64,000 nucleotides of DNA from NCBI GenBank assembly GCA_947085765.1, contig CAMTXZ010000005.1:13583-77582 (forward strand), in the 5' to 3' direction. Below, in pieces: positions 61,365 through 64,000 of this stretch. The position numbers and the translations under genes were made by a program. How positions within the stretch are numbered: position 1 is the first letter of the stretch; each line of letters opens with the position of its first letter. Source of the DNA: an uncultured Chromatiaceae bacterium. GTDB lineage: Bacteria > Pseudomonadota > Gammaproteobacteria > Tenderiales > Tenderiaceae. Below the pieces are notes generated by a model. It was not told the DNA's origin, made no database searches, and was given only the letters and a program-made list of their open reading frames with translations.

Positions 61365-62663
61365 ATGCAAGTATCTGTAACATCGACTGAAGGTCTGGAA
61401 CGTCGCATGACGGTGGAACTCCCCGCTGGCGGTGTTGAACAAGAGGTGCAGCAGCGCCTTAAGAGCATGGCTGGACGTATTCGTCTGGATGGCTTTCGTC
61501 CCGGCAAAGTACCTTTTAATGTTGTGGTGAAACGCTATGGCACTCAGGTCCGTCAGGAAGTTCAGGCTGACATGGTTCAGAATAGCTTTTATGAGGCGGT
61601 GCAGAAAGAGAAGCTGCGCCCTGCAGGTGCTCCAAAGATTGAGTTGGCTGCTGCGGGTGGGGATGTGCTGGCGTTTACAGCCACATTCGAAGTCTATCCG
61701 GATGTTAAGGTTGTTGTGCCCGCCGATATGGTCATCGAAAAGCCGGTTGTTACCGTGGGTGAACAAGAGCTCGACGAGATGATCGAAAAGCTGCGCAAAC
61801 AGCGCACTGGTTGGGAAGAGGTGGCACGTGCTGCGGCCGATGGCGATCAGGTTGTTATCGATTTTGTCGGCAAGCTTAACGGCGAACCCTTTAGCGGCGG
61901 TGAGGCGCAGGGGTACCCGTTGGTTTTGGGTTCCAAACGTTTCATTCCCGGTTTTGAAGAGCAGTTGAATGGAGCCAGTGCTGGCGAACAGCGCGAGGTG
62001 AGTGTTGTTTTTCCTGAGCAGTACCAGAATGAGGCGTTGGCCGGACAGGCCGTTGTCTTTGATGTGACTGTGCTGAAGGTGAATGGCCCTAAACTGCCTG
62101 ATATAAACGATGTTGAATTCCTTAAAACACTCGGCGTGCAAGAGGGCGGAGTCGATGCCCTGCGTACGGATGTGCGTGATAGCATGACCCGTGAGCTGGA
62201 GCAGAAGATAGTCGCTCAGGTTAAAAATCAAGTGCTTGATAAGTTGTTTGTTGCCAATCCTGTTGAGTTGCCCTCGGCACTGGTTGAGAGTGAAATTGAA
62301 CAAATGGCTACCCAATCTCGTCAAAGCATGGGAATGGAAGGAACTCAGCCGGTGACCGATGAGGTACGTGCGGCATTCCAGGAACAGGCGCGTCGGCGTG
62401 TGGCTTTGGGGCTGTTGATTGGTGAATTGATTCGTGAAAAGGCGTTTCGTGCCGATGCTGATAAAATACGGGCGCGTATTGAAATGCTGGCATTTGGTTA
62501 TGATGACCCGGCAGCGGTGGTTGCATGGTATTACGAAGACCGCTCCCGTCTTTCAGGGGTCGAGGCGTTGGTGCTTGAAGACCAGGTTGTTGAATGGATA
62601 CTCTCCGAAGTGAAAGTTGAAGAGGTTGCAGCAGGCTTTGACGAAGTGATGCAGTCTAGGTAG
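61365..62663 (+). CDS. tig: Trigger factor (ribosome-associated PPIase chaperone)
   Basis: MQVSVTSTEGLERRMTVELPA...GFRPGKVPFNVVVKRYG is collinear with E. coli Tig; 432 aa. The upstream part of the listed ORF overlaps tRNA-Leu and is not coding. Confidence 0.92.
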   Translation: MQVSVTSTEGLERRMTVELPAGGVEQEVQQRLKSMAGRIRLDGFRPGKVPFNVVVKRYGTQVRQEVQADMVQNSFYEAVQKEKLRPAGAPKIELAAAGGDVLAFTATFEVYPDVKVVVPADMVIEKPVVTVGEQELDEMIEKLRKQRTGWEEVARAAADGDQVVIDFVGKLNGEPFSGGEAQGYPLVLGSKRFIPGFEEQLNGASAGEQREVSVVFPEQYQNEALAGQAVVFDVTVLKVNGPKLPDINDVEFLKTLGVQEGGVDALRTDVRDSMTRELEQKIVAQVKNQVLDKLFVANPVELPSALVESEIEQMATQSRQSMGMEGTQPVTDEVRAAFQEQARRRVALGLLIGELIREKAFRADADKIRARIEMLAFGYDDPAAVVAWYYEDRSRLSGVEALVLEDQVVEWILSEVKVEEVAAGFDEVMQSR

Positions 62664-62766
62664 ATTTGAAACCAGTCTGTTTTTGCCCAGTTGGGATTAG
62701 CGGATGGTGATTCTGGTCGATGCGTCAGGTTATGTGGTTTAAGTGTGGTCTTTCGGAGTAAAGGGA

Positions 62767-63405
62767 ATGCAGCAAATGACCGATAAAATTGTGGCAGGCA
62801 GTGCTTCGCTGGTGACAGCTTCAGGCCTCGTGCCGATGGTGGTCGAGCAGACTGCTCGTGGCGAACGTGCATATGACATATATTCGCGCCTGCTGAAGGA
62901 GCGAGTCATATTTCTGGTGGGGCCTGTGGAAGATTACATGGCCAACCTGGTTGTTGCCCAGTTACTGTTTCTCGAATCTGAAAATCCAGACAAGGATATT
63001 CATCTGTATATCAACTCTCCCGGTGGTGCAGTGACAGCTGGCCTGGCAATTTATGACACCATGCAATTCATCAAGCCAGATGTTAGCACCATGTGTATCG
63101 GACAGGCGGCTAGCATGGGCGCGCTGTTGTTGGCGGGCGGCGCCGCAGGAAAACGTTACTGTCTGCCCCATTCGCGGATGATGATTCATCAGCCGCTGGG
63201 CGGATTCCAGGGGCAGGCTTCTGATATTGATATTCATGCCAGAGAAATATTGGCCGTGCGTGACCGGTTGAATACAATTTTGGCAAAACATACTGGGCAG
63301 TCTATGGATAGAATCCAGAATGATACTGATCGTGATAACTTCATGAGCGGACAGCAGGCTGTGGAGTATGGTTTGATTGACTCGGTGTTAGAGGCTCGGG
63401 GTTGA
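62767..63405 (+). CDS. clpP: ATP-dependent Clp protease proteolytic subunit
   Basis: [66 protein letters not shown]...GQAASMGA...HSRMMIHQP is near-identical to E. coli ClpP; Ser-His-Asp triad present. Start among M 62743/62767/62776. Confidence 0.92.
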   Translation: MQQMTDKIVAGSASLVTASGLVPMVVEQTARGERAYDIYSRLLKERVIFLVGPVEDYMANLVVAQLLFLESENPDKDIHLYINSPGGAVTAGLAIYDTMQFIKPDVSTMCIGQAASMGALLLAGGAAGKRYCLPHSRMMIHQPLGGFQGQASDIDIHAREILAVRDRLNTILAKHTGQSMDRIQNDTDRDNFMSGQQAVEYGLIDSVLEARG

Positions 63406-63466
63406 TATTTAAAGACACGATGAGCCTTGCTCTTCAAAGACACGGTTCACACATAGAGGTGGAAGC

Positions 63467-64000
63467 ATGAGTGACGAAAAGAGCGGTGGCGGTGAAGATG
63501 GCAAAAAATTGCTGTATTGCTCCTTTTGCGGCAAAAGTCAGCATGAAGTCAGGAAGCTGATTGCCGGACCATCAGTCTTTGTTTGCGATGAGTGTGTTGA
63601 GCTTTGTAACGACATTATCCGCGAAGAGCTGCAAGAGAGCAGTGCTGTAGGTAAAAATCATAAACTGCCAGTTCCGCACGAAATCAATGCCATTCTTGAT
63701 GAGTATGTTATTGGTCAATTGACAGCCAAAAAGGTGCTGTCTGTTGCGGTGTATAACCACTACAAGCGACTTGAGGCGGGTCAAAAGAAAGGTGAGGTTG
63801 AACTTACCAAAAGTAATATTCTGTTGATTGGCCCAACTGGCAGCGGTAAAACCCTGCTGGCAGAAACGCTTGCCCGTCTACTTGATGTTCCATTTACGAT
63901 TGCGGACGCTACCACCCTGACAGAGGCGGGTTATGTCGGTGAGGATGTAGAGAACATCATTCAGAAACTGTTGCAGAAGTGTGACTATGACGTTGAAAAA
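63467..64000 (+). CDS. clpX: ATP-dependent Clp protease ATP-binding subunit ClpX (5' partial, runs off window end)
   Basis: [51 protein letters not shown] (C4 zinc-binding domain), then Walker A region [16 protein letters not shown]. Confidence 0.92.
   Translation, partial: MSDEKSGGGEDGKKLLYCSFCGKSQHEVRKLIAGPSVFVCDECVELCNDIIREELQESSAVGKNHKLPVPHEINAILDEYVIGQLTAKKVLSVAVYNHYKRLEAGQKKGEVELTKSNILLIGPTGSGKTLLAETLARLLDVPFTIADATTLTEAGYVGEDVENIIQKLLQKCDYDVEK

Overview
This window looks like gammaproteobacterial chromosome, with an accessory surface/envelope region followed by a conserved core block. No transposases, integrases or CRISPR arrays are visible. Reading left to right:

- **~0.3 kb:** a truncated GspG-like pseudopilin remnant.
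- **1.2-3.5 kb:** a secreted Gly-rich protein with an exosortase-type C-terminal sorting signal, and a second secreted protein of unknown function.
- **3.8-15.7 kb:** a two-partner secretion pair, a ShlB/FhaC-type TpsB transporter followed by a 3405-aa filamentous-haemagglutinin-like TpsA.
- **15.8-21.1 kb:** an unusual energy-transducer cluster. It encodes a MotA/TolQ/ExbB proton-channel protein fused to a large periplasmic DUF2341/LamG-like domain, then ExbD, a proline-rich TonB, a 551-aa beta-barrel outer-membrane protein and a periplasmic coiled-coil protein.
- **21.1-45.3 kb:** a complete exosortase-dependent exopolysaccharide locus, the most notable feature of the window. Its contents are:
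  - three proteins ending in VPLPA-type (PEP-CTERM-variant) sorting signals;
  - a small ribbon-helix-helix-like cytoplasmic protein;
  - Wza-like exporter, outer-membrane barrel, chain-length determinant, tyrosine-kinase-like ATPase, Wzx flippase and Wzy-like polymerase;
  - five glycosyltransferases and two hexapeptide acetyltransferases;
  - a secreted hyaluronidase-like (GH56-like) hydrolase and a SAM methyltransferase;
  - an exosortase fused to an EpsI domain;
  - a WecA/MraY-type priming transferase, the PrsT TPR lipoprotein and GDP-fucose synthesis genes gmd and fcl.
  - The Wzx/Wzy/GT2 core at 27.5-31.4 kb is strongly AT-rich relative to its flanks.
- **45.7-53.9 kb:** a c-di-GMP/two-component signalling neighbourhood. 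It holds a GAF-PAS histidine kinase (with a possible N-terminal frameshift), a 1157-aa PilZ-GGNEF-EAL protein on the opposite strand, tadA, an HD-GYP response regulator and an orphan receiver.
- **53.9-64.0 kb:** housekeeping genes ald, prmB, hemN, aroC and an MFS transporter, then a tRNA cluster (Pro-Arg-His-Lys-Leu) and tig-clpP-clpX, with clpX truncated by the window end.
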